A stretch of 64,000 nucleotides of DNA from an uncultured delta proteobacterium (lineage in GTDB: Bacteria > Desulfobacterota > BSN033 > UBA1163): contig CAVPSJ010000005.1 of assembly GCA_963708295.1 (NCBI GenBank), positions 1 to 64,000 on the forward strand, written 5' to 3'. A program made the translations under genes and the position numbers. Shown piece after piece: positions 37,189 through 49,792 of the stretch (its first letter is position 1; the number at the start of each line of letters is the position of its first letter). Below the pieces are notes generated by a model, which ran no database searches, had not been told where the DNA came from, and saw only the letters and a program-made list of their open reading frames with translations.

Positions 37189-39294
37189 TCAGGACAATAG
37201 CCCTTTCTTGCCCAGCTCTTCTGCCACTTTCGCAAGTCCAAGTCTCTGATAGGTTGAGGCGGGAGGGGCGCCGGTCTCCTTGTCCCAGCCCATCTCTTCG
37301 TAATACATGTCCATTGCCTTTTTGATGTCTTCCTTATCCATGTGAATCGTCCCCTTGGTCAAAGGAGGCTTGCCCGAAGCATCCTTGAAGACCCATGCAG
37401 GAATGGCATCATGCTCCTTCCGCATCTCCTTTGCCCCCATGTCACGAATCGTCAGGGCGCGATGGAGGTTAAATATGCGTTCCCCCGCCTGGTCGAGCTC
37501 CTGCCGGCTCTTCTTATCCCCTGTCGCCAGGCTGTAGAGCATCGATTCGAGGGAGTCGTCACCCCGGTAACCACGTTCCTTCAGAGGCGATGCTACCCAG
37601 GGGCCCATCCAGTTGCAGATCGATAAGGAATCATGAAGTTCTTTCCGGATCACGGACCATTTCGCCATTCTTGCTTTGTAGACATTCATGGGTGTGTAGG
37701 CCCCGATTGCATCCACGGCGTCCGGAGATCCCCAGATCTCAGCAGCCAGACGCTTCTGAACATCGATAGGCAGCCCACTCCGAACGAAGTTGCAGTGAGA
37801 GTGGCACTGGCAGTCGCGGTTGTACTGAGTGTTGATGATGACGCCGCATTGACCGGCATCCTCGTTGGCGTGGTGTTTAGGAAACCCGAGGTGCCAGTAG
37901 ACCAATTCTTTGTCTTCTTTCCATTCCGACTCGGGAATTCCCCAGCGCTCCAGCATGTACCCCGTCCCCAATCCCAGGGCAGTGCCGAGCTCTCCTTCTT
38001 TCTTGGCGATTCTTGGCATCAGCTCGAAAAGGAAGGTCGGATCCCCGTTTTCGTATTTGTCCCAGGAGTAGCTCTTGAATTCTTTCTCGTCCAGCTTCTC
38101 CTTGATCTTGCCCGTATAGTAAAGTTTCATGAAATCCCTCTGGATCTGGCCATAGTTGCACCAGAGTCCGAGGTCATCGGCCACATGCATCCCTACCATG
38201 CAGGACTCGATCACTGTTTCCCCCCGGGGACCATCCGGAAAAGTTTTGAAGAAACTGCGACCAAAGAGGAGCCCTGCGCAGGTATTCTGTCCCATTTCAG
38301 AGATGCCATACTTTGAAGACACGGAAGGGACTTTTACGGTGGTGTGGCATCGAATTGGACATCCGCTGCAACCGTTTCCTCTGACCGTGTACTTCCATGC
38401 CTTCTCTCCTAGATAGAAGGCTGCATTGTTGGTCCGGTAGGCAATCCGGTTGAGATCGTGGGGATCGCAAGAGCCCGTATCGATGCCCGGCTGGGAGGCT
38501 CCCCATTGACGGCCCCTTGAAGCGACCCACCGGGATCCGGCATTGAAGTATTCAGCCCAGGGTTGAGGGCTGTTTGGAACAACATGCTGATTATTGGCGC
38601 CCAGAAGTGAGAGGTGGAGCTTGACCAGCTTCTCCCATTCCCCTTTATCTCCAGCAATGGTAACCTTGCCGGTGCCGCGAACACCGATGGCTTTCAGGTT
38701 CTTCGAACCCATCACTCCGCCGACCCCTCCTGCTGAGTGGGAAACAGAATTCATAACGACGGACATGGGAACCCTATTCTCCCCCGCCTGTCCGATGGCT
38801 GCAACGGAAGCCTCCGGCCCCATGATCTGGCTGATCTCGACGGTGGTACGGCGAATGCCCTGCCCCCAGAGAGACCGAGCATCCTTGATCTCGACCTTTC
38901 CATCCTTGATGGAGAGCCACACCGGACGGTCGGCCTTTCCCTCGATGATGATCGCATCGTATCCGGCATACTTGAGTTCCGCCGCAAAATGGCCGCCCAT
39001 GTGTCCGCTGGCTACCAAAGGTTTTGGATAGCAGGTAGGCCACAGGGTTGTAATGGCCGTTCTGCCGTTACAGGGAGCGCCTGTGCCGGCCAGAGGCCCA
39101 ACCGCGTAGATAATCTTATTGGCCGGGTCGAAAGCTTTTGTTCCTGCCGGAACCTCATCCCAGATCACCTTATAACCGATGCCTGTTCCTCCCAGGAAGT
39201 CCTTGTATTTTTCGATTGTATCTTCCGTTGAAATCCGGCCGGACGACAGGTCGACGCGCAGAACTTTTCCAGCCCATCCGCCATGTCTTGCCAT
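37189..39294 (-). CDS. ydhV: Aldehyde:ferredoxin oxidoreductase (W/Mo-pterin, YdhV-like)
   Basis: GWAGKVLRVDLS, HMGGHFAAELKYAGYD, IGQAGEN, GVMGSKNLKAI, CSGCPIRC. Confidence 0.92.
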   Translation of the reverse strand: MARHGGWAGKVLRVDLSSGRISTEDTIEKYKDFLGGTGIGYKVIWDEVPAGTKAFDPANKIIYAVGPLAGTGAPCNGRTAITTLWPTCYPKPLVASGHMGGHFAAELKYAGYDAIIIEGKADRPVWLSIKDGKVEIKDARSLWGQGIRRTTVEISQIMGPEASVAAIGQAGENRVPMSVVMNSVSHSAGGVGGVMGSKNLKAIGVRGTGKVTIAGDKGEWEKLVKLHLSLLGANNQHVVPNSPQPWAEYFNAGSRWVASRGRQWGASQPGIDTGSCDPHDLNRIAYRTNNAAFYLGEKAWKYTVRGNGCSGCPIRCHTTVKVPSVSSKYGISEMGQNTCAGLLFGRSFFKTFPDGPRGETVIESCMVGMHVADDLGLWCNYGQIQRDFMKLYYTGKIKEKLDEKEFKSYSWDKYENGDPTFLFELMPRIAKKEGELGTALGLGTGYMLERWGIPESEWKEDKELVYWHLGFPKHHANEDAGQCGVIINTQYNRDCQCHSHCNFVRSGLPIDVQKRLAAEIWGSPDAVDAIGAYTPMNVYKARMAKWSVIRKELHDSLSICNWMGPWVASPLKERGYRGDDSLESMLYSLATGDKKSRQELDQAGERIFNLHRALTIRDMGAKEMRKEHDAIPAWVFKDASGKPPLTKGTIHMDKEDIKKAMDMYYEEMGWDKETGAPPASTYQRLGLAKVAEELGKKGLLS

Positions 39295-39324
39295 GTTCGT
39301 TCATCTCCTTTCTTAATAACGTCT

Positions 39325-39473
39325 GATTACAACGATTACAGAACGATTACACCGAAATAACCCCTCCCTTCCTCCCCTTAATTTAAGGGGAGGCGAGGCG
39401 GGGTTAATCATCTTAGAAAAGCAGCCAATGTAAGGAAGAATCTCTGTAATCATTTTCGAGAATCTCTGTAATC
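39325..39473. repeat. Intergenic MITE-like element with inverted GATTAC repeats around a palindrome
   Basis: GATTACA x3 on the left, TGTAATC x2 on the right, enclosing TAACCCC...CCTCCCCTTAATTTAAGGGGAGG...GGGGTTA. Confidence 0.55.
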
Positions 39474-39490
39474 AAGAGAGCGAAGCTCTC

Positions 39491-40222
39491 TCACTGCTTG
39501 TGACACTCAATGCAGGCCGAAGCTTTTTCAGGTGAAATGACGGCAGCGGCAGCCGCACGGACCGGAGATCTATCTGTTAGGTCCGTCCAGGCTGCGTAGG
39601 CAAGGGCGTCTGCGGGACAGGCCTCCACGCACTTCGGTTTTCCATTGCAGAGGAAGCATTTGGTGGCCTTGTTCGTATCCGGGTCGAAAGACATCATCTC
39701 CCAGGGGCAGGCCTTCTGACAGATCTGACAGCCGACACATTTCTTTGAATCCACCATTCTGGCTTTTGTCTTGGGCTCCATGACAATAGCATCGTTCGGA
39801 CAGGCAGTGGCACAGGGAACCGGATGGGGACATTGCTTGCAGAGGTCTTGGACGATAAATCCATTGCCCCAGTTTCCCTGACCCCGCTGCCCGGCGTAGA
39901 CGCCTTTAGGGCCAAAGTTAGCATTCCTCGCGACCTTGATCCGGGCCATGGAAGGCGCTGCTTTCCCGTCGTTGAACTCGGTACAGGCGAGTTCGCACCG
40001 CCGGCACCCCACGCACTTCGTAGGGTCTGCAATGACGATCCCCTCGGCCTTATCGATGATCACCAGGGGCATCTTCTTACCGCCTTTCGCCCCCAGGGCG
40101 GAAATTCCAACAACAGTAACTCCGCTGATTAGGAGGAATTCACGCCGCGAAAAAGGATGGTTCACGTTAATAAAATTCAGAACCTTTTTCAAAATCTCAT
40201 GGTTTTCGCCTTGATGACTCAT
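39491..40222 (-). CDS. ydhY: 4Fe-4S ferredoxin subunit (YdhY-like) with twin-Arg-like leader
   Basis: SRREFL; CVGCRRCELAC, CKQC..PCATACP, CVGCQICQKACP, CFLC..CVEACP. Confidence 0.88.
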   Translation of the reverse strand: MSHQGENHEILKKVLNFINVNHPFSRREFLLISGVTVVGISALGAKGGKKMPLVIIDKAEGIVIADPTKCVGCRRCELACTEFNDGKAAPSMARIKVARNANFGPKGVYAGQRGQGNWGNGFIVQDLCKQCPHPVPCATACPNDAIVMEPKTKARMVDSKKCVGCQICQKACPWEMMSFDPDTNKATKCFLCNGKPKCVEACPADALAYAAWTDLTDRSPVRAAAAAVISPEKASACIECHKQ

Positions 40223-40876
40223 TTTCCTTCTCCTCTAAAATGATTGTTTATCTTTAGAAACCGTTATTCCCGCCCATGTCTGCCGACTACTCAGTCCAGT
40301 CCCGCGTTGCGTTGAGCATCAATGTCGTGGTCTTCTTGGGCTTGATTTCTAAACGACGTGTTTTTCGGTCATTACTTCGGATTTGTTACGACCCTCCAAG
40401 GAGCTATTGAACTCCTCGGAGGTTTCGAATCGGCACCTTCTGGATTTCCCATCTCATTTCTGCCTCCAAAAGGTTGAGGTTAAGTCGAGAAGTTGGCCCT
40501 TATAACCGATTTGCATCGATAAGAAAGTACTAATTCCAACTGAAAAAGTCAACAAGAATTGTCGCTGGCCGCTCTCCATTTATTTATAAACTTCACCTTC
40601 CCATCAGGAACCCCTTACTCCTGGAGCGCCCGTGAGGGAGTCCCTTTGCGAGAGTGGGAAGTGACATCTCCTCCCTTTGGCAAAGGGAGGTCGGGAAGGA
40701 TTTTAAGATGTTTTCCAACGAGGGGAAATTTCTCCTTTTTTTGAAGCCTGCCGAGCCCAGACCGAATATGATTATGGACTGACTAATACGTGGCTTGGGA
40801 TATGGACCAACTCAGGAAGGAAAGGAAATGGATGAGATGAAATCTATTGGACGCTCACGGCTCCCATAGTGCCTTA

Positions 40877-41086
40877 TCAGCCACCGCATTGGGGCGCATC
40901 CTGGTTTGATGCTTCTGGTCTCCCAATATCTTTGCTGCCGCAATGAGGGCACTTTAGGTTTCTTTCCTCCGTAGGGCCAAACGGCGCCTCCACTTCGAAA
41001 GTGGCCTTGCACTGGCGGCAGGTGAGTTGCCAAGTGACCAATATTTGTCGTTTATTCTCTTGCGGCATTGCTCTTGACTCCGACAC
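40877..41086 (-). CDS. FmdB-like zinc-ribbon protein, candidate C-terminal selenocysteine (CGG-UGA-UAA)
   Basis: CRQC...FE...CPHCGS; ends TGC GGT GGC TGA TAA; start codon uncertain. Confidence 0.72.
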   Translation of the reverse strand: MSESRAMPQENKRQILVTWQLTCRQCKATFEVEAPFGPTEERNLKCPHCGSKDIGRPEASNQDAPQCGG

Positions 41087-41209
41087 ACCTTCTCTTTTTG
41101 TTCTGGTATACAGTTGATTTGGGGCAAAATGAATATAAAATCAAAGCATTTCGGTGTCAACCTTTCGACTTTCCAGCCCATCCCTCGACTTGGCTCCGGA
41201 CGGTTTAAC

Positions 41210-43205
41210 TCATCCCATTTTTAATTCCATCTCCTCCAAGCGCTGAACCTTATCTCGGATCTCCGCGGCCCGCTCAAATTCCAAATGGCTGGCTGCCTCC
41301 TTCATCTCCTTCTTCAACTTCTGAATCGTTGCGGGAATCTCTTTAATGGAAACATAGGCCTCTTCGACGTCGGACACAGTCGGAATCGTCAAATAGTCAG
41401 CCTCGTAGATCGAAGCCATAATATTTCGAACCGACTTCTTCACGGACTGCGGCGTAATCCCGTGCTCTTCATTATACGCCTCCTGGATTTTCCTCCGCCG
41501 GTTCGTTTCTAGAATCGCCTGATCCATCGATCGGGTCATTTTATCCGCATAGAGGATGACCTGGCCGTTCACGTTTCGTGCGGCACGGCCGAAAGTCTGG
41601 ATCAGTGATTTTTCGGATCGAAGAAAACCCTCCTTGTCGGCATCCAGAATGGCAACCAATGCCACCTCCGGGATATCAAGACCTTCCCTCAGAAGGTTGA
41701 TTCCGACCAGAACATCAAATTTCCCAAGCCGGAGTTCTCGAATGATCTCCACCCGGTCCAAGGTGTCGATGTCGGAGTGGAGGTACTTGACCCGAATTCC
41801 AAGGTCCGCGAAGTATTCGGTCAAATCTTCTGCCATGCGCTTGGTGAGAGTAGTTACGAGAACCCTCTCCTTCCGCTTCACCCGCTTCTGGATCTCCCCC
41901 AGAAGGTCATCGACTTGATTCTTCGCAGGTTTGACATCCAGGAGAGGATCGCTCAGACCCGTCGGGCGGATGATTTGCTCCACGATCTTTCCATGGCTCT
42001 TCTTCATCTCATATTCACTCGGGGTCGCCGAAACATAAATGACCTGCCGGATGCGGTTCTCAAACTCTTCGAACATCAGCGGCCGGTTGTCCAGCGCGGA
42101 GGGAAGACGAAATCCGTATTCCACCAGTGTTTCCTTCCTGGATCGGTCTCCCCGGTACATCCCGATCAGTTGGGGAAGGGTGACATGGCTTTCATCGATG
42201 AATAAGAGATAGTCGCTCGGATAATAATCCAGAAGCGTGGGAGGAGGTTCTCCAGCTTTTCTTCCGGTGAGATGGCGGGAATAGTTCTCGATTCCCTGGC
42301 AATAACCCAGCTCCCGAAGCATCTCCAAATCGAATTTCGTCCTCTGTTCGAGTCTCTGGGCTTCGAGAAGTTGATTTCGGGACCGAAACCATTCCAGCCT
42401 TTCCTTCAACTCTTCCCGGATGCTCTGAATGGCTTTTTGCATACGGTCCGGAGGAGTGACGTAGTGGCTTCCCGGATAGATCGGAACTTTATCCAAATGC
42501 TCGATGATTTTCCCTTTCAAGGGATCGATTTCAGAGATCTCTTCAACGCAATCTCCAAAGAGCTCGATCCGGATCGCCCGGCTTTCCTCATGAGCCGGGA
42601 AAGACTTCAATCACATCTCCTCGAACCCGGAAAGTCCCGCGGTGAAAATCAATATCGTTTCGCTCATACTGAATCTCGACCAATTTTGAGAGGATCGCTT
42701 CCCTGGAGATGTCCATTCCTTTTTCCAGATAGAGGAGCATTCCATGGTATGCCTCCGGAGATCCCAAACCATAGATGCAGGAGACACTGGCGACAATGAT
42801 GACATCGTTTCTTTCAAGAAGGGAGCGGGTGGCCGAGTGTCGCATCTTGTCAATTTCTTCGTTGATCAGAGTATCCTTCTCGATATAGGTATCGCTGGAG
42901 GGGATATAGGCTTCCGGTTGATAGTAGTCATAGTAACTGACGAAGAATTCAACCGCATTCTCCGGAAAGAGTTCCTTGAACTCCCCGTAAAGCTGGGCAG
43001 CCAGGGTCTTGTTGTGGGAGATGACCAGCGCGGGTTTCTGAACCTTCTCGATGACATTCGCCATGGTGAAGGTCTTTCCGGACCCGGTCACCCCCAAAAG
43101 AACCTGGTGCTTCGCCCCTTCAAGAACATTCTCACATAGTCTTTCAATGGCCTGAGGCTGATCGCCTTTCGGTTGGAACTCAGAGACAAGTTTAAATGAG
43201 TTCAT
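41210..43205 (-). CDS. uvrB: Excinuclease ABC subunit B (split by a +1 frameshift near 42596)
   Basis: [41 protein letters not shown]-terminal FERAAEIRD; two overlapping ORFs joined at VFP/AHEE. Confidence 0.95.
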
Positions 43206-43401
43206 GACTTTATTTTACAATAAAAAGGGAAAGAGGGGAAAGGCTTTAGTTCGGGCGGAGTTCCGAGTTTCAAAAAAAGATACACATAGGCGATATCAGA
43301 TGGCGAATGGTCAAGAAACAAATATGTGATTCGAGCCAGGCTATTGGCTATCACCTATAAACTATAAGCTCTGTTCTTATCCCTTGGTGTTGTTTCCGTT
43401 C

Positions 43402-44943
43402 TTAAGAACTTTTTTCTTTTTTTGCGGGGCTGGCAGGAACTTCATTTTTGTTGTTATTGACATCTTCGGGTTTCAATTTTTTCTGGACGCCGGAGGCGTA
43501 GACGATGATGGCGGATTCGCCATCGACCGGACATTTGTTTTCGCAGATGCCGCAGCCCGTGCATTTTTCTTCTTTGATGATGGGGCGTTTCTTATCGTCA
43601 CCGATGATGGCATGATAGGAACACTGCTCATTACAGACGAGGCAGATTTTTTCCGTGTCCCAGGCAATACACCGTGTCTTGTCGACATGAGCGATCCCCA
43701 TCTGCAGGAGGCGTTTTTCCTCGATCGGAAGAGGCCGGATGGCTTCGGTGGGACATATCCTTCCACAAAAATTACAGAACTCTTCACAGTAACCGATTCG
43801 GGGAACAAGCCTCGGTGTGTAAAGGCCGGCCAGGCCCGCCTCCAGAAGAGTGGATTGTAGGGCATTATTGGGGCAGACCTTCAGGCATTCGCCGCAGCCC
43901 GTACAGACGGAAACAAATTGCTCTTCGGGAAGAGACCCCGGAGGCCGAATCAGCCGGTTATTTCTCATTCCGCTCTCTGACTGGAGGGGATTGGCCTTGA
44001 TCATCAATGCTGAGACAGCACCAAAAGCCAGGGACCCCAGAACATACCTCCTCGAAAGGTTTACACCATGCACCGTTCTCCAACGAGGTAAACCGAAATG
44101 GAAAGAAACAGCTTCCGGGGGACATTCAAGGCATTTGAAACAGGAGACGCAATCCTGCTGCCGGTATTCCTGCGGATTCGCTTCAGGAATTGCACCCACC
44201 GGGCACTCCTTCACACACTTGAGGCAGTGGGTACAATCTTCTGTGACAAACCGTTTCAATATACGAAAACGTGAAACGATTGAAAAGAGGGCCCCCAGCG
44301 GACAGAGGTATCGACACCAGAACCTTTTTCTGGCGACCCCCAGGGTCAGAACGATGACAAAAAACAGAAAGATCAGAAGGTTGACCTTAAATAGAGGCAT
44401 CGGAATGGTCGACGCCATCAAAGAGTTTTGAGGGAGAAAATTCTGAACCTGCGGGACAACGTGATTAAAGACAAAGATGGCAGGAGGATAGAATGCGATG
44501 ACAAGGGTGCGGGTGATGAGGCTGATGGGGTCGAGAATGTACATGACCTGAAAGGCCATCAGACCTGCCACAAGAGAAAAGATGAGAATCCCGTAGCGGA
44601 GCTTTCTGAGGGATTGGTCGTTAACGCTCTTAAACCCCTTCTTTTCTCTGAAAAGAATTCGGTCGAAAAAATCGATGGTGGCGCCCATGGGGCAGAACCA
44701 TCCACAAAAGAAATTGCCAAAAATAAAAACGACGAGGAGCACTCCGAAGGCAGGAAGCATTCTCAGGATGACCTCCTTCTTCGTGAGGATCGTAATGATC
44801 CCGATAAAGGGATCGAGGCGAAGGTAGAGGTCCACCGGGATTTTCAGCTCAAGGGGAAAAGCGGCCTTGATGATGAGATAGAGAAGGAAGAAAAACGAAA
44901 GGGTTTGAATCGTCCTCCTCAGGTAGGGAATCGCTTTTTTCAT
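43402..44943 (-). CDS. Membrane polyferredoxin (NapH/MauN-like fused to NapG/MauM-like)
   Basis: TMs; FCGWFCPMG, WCRYLCPLG, IRPPGS and multiple CxxCxxCxxxCP motifs. Confidence 0.9.
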   Translation of the reverse strand: MKKAIPYLRRTIQTLSFFFLLYLIIKAAFPLELKIPVDLYLRLDPFIGIITILTKKEVILRMLPAFGVLLVVFIFGNFFCGWFCPMGATIDFFDRILFREKKGFKSVNDQSLRKLRYGILIFSLVAGLMAFQVMYILDPISLITRTLVIAFYPPAIFVFNHVVPQVQNFLPQNSLMASTIPMPLFKVNLLIFLFFVIVLTLGVARKRFWCRYLCPLGALFSIVSRFRILKRFVTEDCTHCLKCVKECPVGAIPEANPQEYRQQDCVSCFKCLECPPEAVSFHFGLPRWRTVHGVNLSRRYVLGSLAFGAVSALMIKANPLQSESGMRNNRLIRPPGSLPEEQFVSVCTGCGECLKVCPNNALQSTLLEAGLAGLYTPRLVPRIGYCEEFCNFCGRICPTEAIRPLPIEEKRLLQMGIAHVDKTRCIAWDTEKICLVCNEQCSYHAIIGDDKKRPIIKEEKCTGCGICENKCPVDGESAIIVYASGVQKKLKPEDVNNNKNEVPASPAKKEKSS

Positions 44944-45890
44944 GCAGCCGTGACCTTCTTCACCCGCACCTTTGAGAGGTTGATCTGGCCCAGGCCTAGA
45001 TCGTAAGCATTCTTAACGAACTGGATCTCCTCCGGCTTGAAAGGTTTTCCGGTCTTGGGATGCTTGAAGAAGGCGGCCGCATAAGCATCGAGCGCTACGA
45101 TATCGGCAGAAGCGATGACTTCTCCGATATCCTCAGTTTTTCCAGGCCCCTTTGGACCGTTCGTTGTGAGAATCCGGATCGCATCCATCACCACCAGGTC
45201 TGGTTTTCGGACCGTATTGACATCCGCGATGCACTGATGAAGTCCGATCTTATGCAATTGCTCCATATCCCATGTGATCCCGATCAGGTTTTTCATTCCA
45301 AGGGTCAGTTCCGTGGCAAAGTGTTGTTTGGGAATGGGGAAATTGATAAAGACATCGGAGTCGAGCACGTCTCTGAGGATTTCAACGGTCTTAAGCTTCT
45401 TGCCCTTCTGAACCTCGACCTGCTTATAGGAGTTCCGGCCATGGCCGGAGAAGATGTCTGCCCCTGCCTTCTGGGCCGTCTCCTTTAACCCCGACCGGGA
45501 AAAACAAAACTGGTAATTATCACAGGTGTGATCCCAGACCGCGACTCGCTTCGCACCCGTGTCATAACACATCTTGATCAAGGCCGAGAGAAGGTCAGGG
45601 TTATTCGTGCAGGCCTGGTCAGGCGTCCTCGCCCAGGCGATGTTGGCCTTGATCACGACCCTTTGCCCTTTCTTGACAAATCGGCCCATCCCGCCCAGAG
45701 GAGCCATGGCAGCCTGAAGAAGCTGGGAGGCACTTCCGTTTTTGGCGATGACCAGATCAGATTCTTCAGCGGCATGGGCAAGGGAACCATAAAATGGAAG
45801 CTTGCTCGATAAAAGAGGGAGTGCTCCCGCGGCAGCGGTTCCCTTGATGAACTGTCTACGAGTGATTTTCTTACTTTGGGAATGATCCAT
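44940..45890 (-). CDS. Tat-exported DUF362 protein
   Basis: TRRQFIK signal; GGMGRFVKKGQRVVIKAN, PKQH...TLGMKNL.G, DIVALD. Confidence 0.88.
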   Translation of the reverse strand: MDHSQSKKITRRQFIKGTAAAGALPLLSSKLPFYGSLAHAAEESDLVIAKNGSASQLLQAAMAPLGGMGRFVKKGQRVVIKANIAWARTPDQACTNNPDLLSALIKMCYDTGAKRVAVWDHTCDNYQFCFSRSGLKETAQKAGADIFSGHGRNSYKQVEVQKGKKLKTVEILRDVLDSDVFINFPIPKQHFATELTLGMKNLIGITWDMEQLHKIGLHQCIADVNTVRKPDLVVMDAIRILTTNGPKGPGKTEDIGEVIASADIVALDAYAAAFFKHPKTGKPFKPEEIQFVKNAYDLGLGQINLSKVRVKKVTAA

Positions 45891-45910
45891 GATTCCTCCT
45901 TTATCTTAAG

Positions 45911-46062
45911 TTCGAAGCACGAAATTAAAACGAACTATACACTCTAAACACTAAACTCTAAATCCTAAACAAATCCGAAATCTAAAACTCTAAAAGATTA
46001 AGTTAAACGGTTTTGAATTTGGGCTTTCGAACATTTGAGTTTGTTTAGAGTTTAGGGTTTAA
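45911..46062. repeat. Inverted heptamer-array element
   Basis: (CTAAA-type)n on the left versus (TTTAG-type)n on the right; CTAAACTCTAAA / TTTAGAGTTTAG exact inverted match. Confidence 0.55.
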
Positions 46063-46102
46063 CCCTCGTCTCTTACGCTACCCGATCTCAAGCTTGGTTA
46101 CG

Positions 46103-47161
46103 CTACGGTGTCATGATCAGCCGTGACACTCCCTTATCCGTCCCAAACCAGATACTGTTTTTATCCTCGGCTGCGCAAAATACCCCGTTGCTCAATAATC
46201 CATCGGAAACCGTCAACGACTCCCACTGTTTCGTCGGAAGGTCATAAATACTCACCCCGTTATCCCGACAGATGAGAACCTTCTCCTTGGTCACGGCGAT
46301 GGAATTAACCCCTCCGCTCTTCAACGAATCCGTAGGCTCCATTTTATTCCAGCGGTCGGATGCAGGATCGTATTGGAAGAGCGTTCCTCCGATACCCCCC
46401 GCCCATATTTTCTGTCCGGCGCTGACGACGGATTTGATCTCGGTCTCGGCTATCCCTTCTCTCTGCGAATAGGTTTTCCAGGTTTTCTTGGCTTTGTCAA
46501 AACGACTGATCCCTCCGTTCGTGCCCGCCCATAGGAAGCCGGATTCGATCAGAAGGGAATTGACAAAATTCCCAGAGAGGCCGTCTTCCGCCGAATAGAA
46601 TCTCTTCCACCCTTCTATCTTTTTATCGAAGAGCGAAAGGCCCTTTTCCGACCCCACCCAGACCCAATCTCCATCCAAAGCCATGGAGTTGACTTTTTTG
46701 GCACGGCCGTCATTGGTCGTGAATTTTTTCCATGGGGGATTTCTCCGGGGATGGTAGTAGGATATCCCTCCGCCTCCAAAACCGTAAAAGTAGGTGCCAA
46801 ACCAGATGCGATCCACATCCGGAAGAATGACGGAGACATGGTTATAAGGGAGAAGATTTTGCCAATTAATGCTGACTCCCTTATCGATTTTGTCCATGGG
46901 CTCTCCCTTGGTCGTATAGGCTCTGCAAGTCTTCTTGGACGGATCGTAAAAGGTAGCCCCCCCGCTATAGGTTCCGAACCACAATTCCTCACCTTGAACG
47001 GCAATCGCAAACACCATTTCACTGGAAAGACCCTCTTTGGGGGTGACCTGTTGGAAGGACAAGGGCCGCCTTAACATACCGGCGTCGGAAGGAAAGGAAA
47101 CAAAGAAGATAAAAAAGACCGGGAAAGACAATTTTATTAAGGACTTAAGAATTCTTTTCAT
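46103..47161 (-). CDS. Exported beta-propeller protein (two-component regulator propeller repeats)
   Basis: Signal peptide; repeated GLxxNxVxxI...LWxGTxxG; AGGAGG RBS at 47161. Confidence 0.85.
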   Translation of the reverse strand: MKRILKSLIKLSFPVFFIFFVSFPSDAGMLRRPLSFQQVTPKEGLSSEMVFAIAVQGEELWFGTYSGGATFYDPSKKTCRAYTTKGEPMDKIDKGVSINWQNLLPYNHVSVILPDVDRIWFGTYFYGFGGGGISYYHPRRNPPWKKFTTNDGRAKKVNSMALDGDWVWVGSEKGLSLFDKKIEGWKRFYSAEDGLSGNFVNSLLIESGFLWAGTNGGISRFDKAKKTWKTYSQREGIAETEIKSVVSAGQKIWAGGIGGTLFQYDPASDRWNKMEPTDSLKSGGVNSIAVTKEKVLICRDNGVSIYDLPTKQWESLTVSDGLLSNGVFCAAEDKNSIWFGTDKGVSRLIMTP

Positions 47162-47488
47162 CTCTCCTCCTCTAATAGACCCATAATTATGTCGAATCAA
47201 ACGGAGTTTTTCAATAGTCGTTGCCATTTCATCCTCTCCCAGGGGGATCATAGGAGCAAAAATTTCATCCACTTACCTTGACAATCCCCTTTTGGATGAT
47301 TATCTAAAGGGCAGCGCTAAAGGGTTGTCTTTTATCTGTTGACCAGCCAAACTTACAAAGGACCCCTAACTCATTAATTTTAAATAGCTTTACTTCAAGG
47401 AGGTGATGCGAAGTATTCATTAACAATGGAATTATATTTCCAATTTTATTGATTTGAAAACCACTGACCAAGAAAGGAGAAGTCAAAG

Positions 47489-47782
47489 ATGAAGATCAGA
47501 CCGTTACAGGACAGAGTGATTGTCAAACGACTCGAGGAGGAAGAGAAGACAAAAGGCGGGATCATCATTCCTGATACTGCAAAAGAGAAACCGCAGGAAG
47601 GGAAAGTCATAGCGGTTGGGAAGGGAAAGATGACAGAGGAAGGTAAGCTGATCCCTCTCGACGTAAAGGTTGGGGACAAAATTCTCTTCGGAAAGTATTC
47701 GGGCACAGAGATCAAGATTGAAGGGGAAGAGCATCTCATCATGAGAGAAGAAGATATCTTAGGAGTGATTGAAGGAAAATAA
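47489..47782 (+). CDS. groES: Co-chaperonin GroES
   Basis: [12 protein letters not shown]...[16 protein letters not shown]. Confidence 0.98.
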   Translation: MKIRPLQDRVIVKRLEEEEKTKGGIIIPDTAKEKPQEGKVIAVGKGKMTEEGKLIPLDVKVGDKILFGKYSGTEIKIEGEEHLIMREEDILGVIEGK

Positions 47783-47806
47783 CAAATTTCAAAGAAATGG
47801 AGGTAA

Positions 47807-49453
<1,647 letters not shown>

Positions 49454-49478
49454 GATTTTAATCTCTATTGAATTTGAG

Positions 49479-49525
49479 AAGAGGGCTTGGGAGTCTGGAA
49501 CATTTTTCCCAAGCCCTTCTTATTT
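49479..49525 (+). terminator. Intrinsic terminator after groEL
   Basis: AAGAGGGCTTGGGA...TCCCAAGCCCTTCTTATTT. Confidence 0.6.
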
Positions 49526-49792
49526 CAACCCTTTCAGAAGGTTCTCCCCCCCTAAGTCATCCTCTTTGAACCCTGTCCCTCAACTATTTCATACCGCTCC
49601 ATTGCCGTCCAAATTTGGTCCAATGGCTCGGATGTCGAATCCTCTGCGCCCTCAGCGGCTCTGCGGTGAGAATCCTATGGTGGAAAAGCATGATCCTGTT
49701 GTAACTATTGGATTCTATTCTCAAAAGTCCCCTTTTACTTGCAATTCAAAAAAAAGGGGTTTAATATTTTGTCCGTAGTGGAAAGAAAACCG

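Noticed and set aside
40223-40560. Moco/Wco riboswitch upstream of the AOR operon
   Set aside because: Only one hairpin is visible and there is no recognisable consensus.
47270-47488. CIRCE/HrcA operator upstream of groES
   Set aside because: No TTAGCACTC-N9-GAGTGCTAA found; only a TTGACA -35 with a weak -10.
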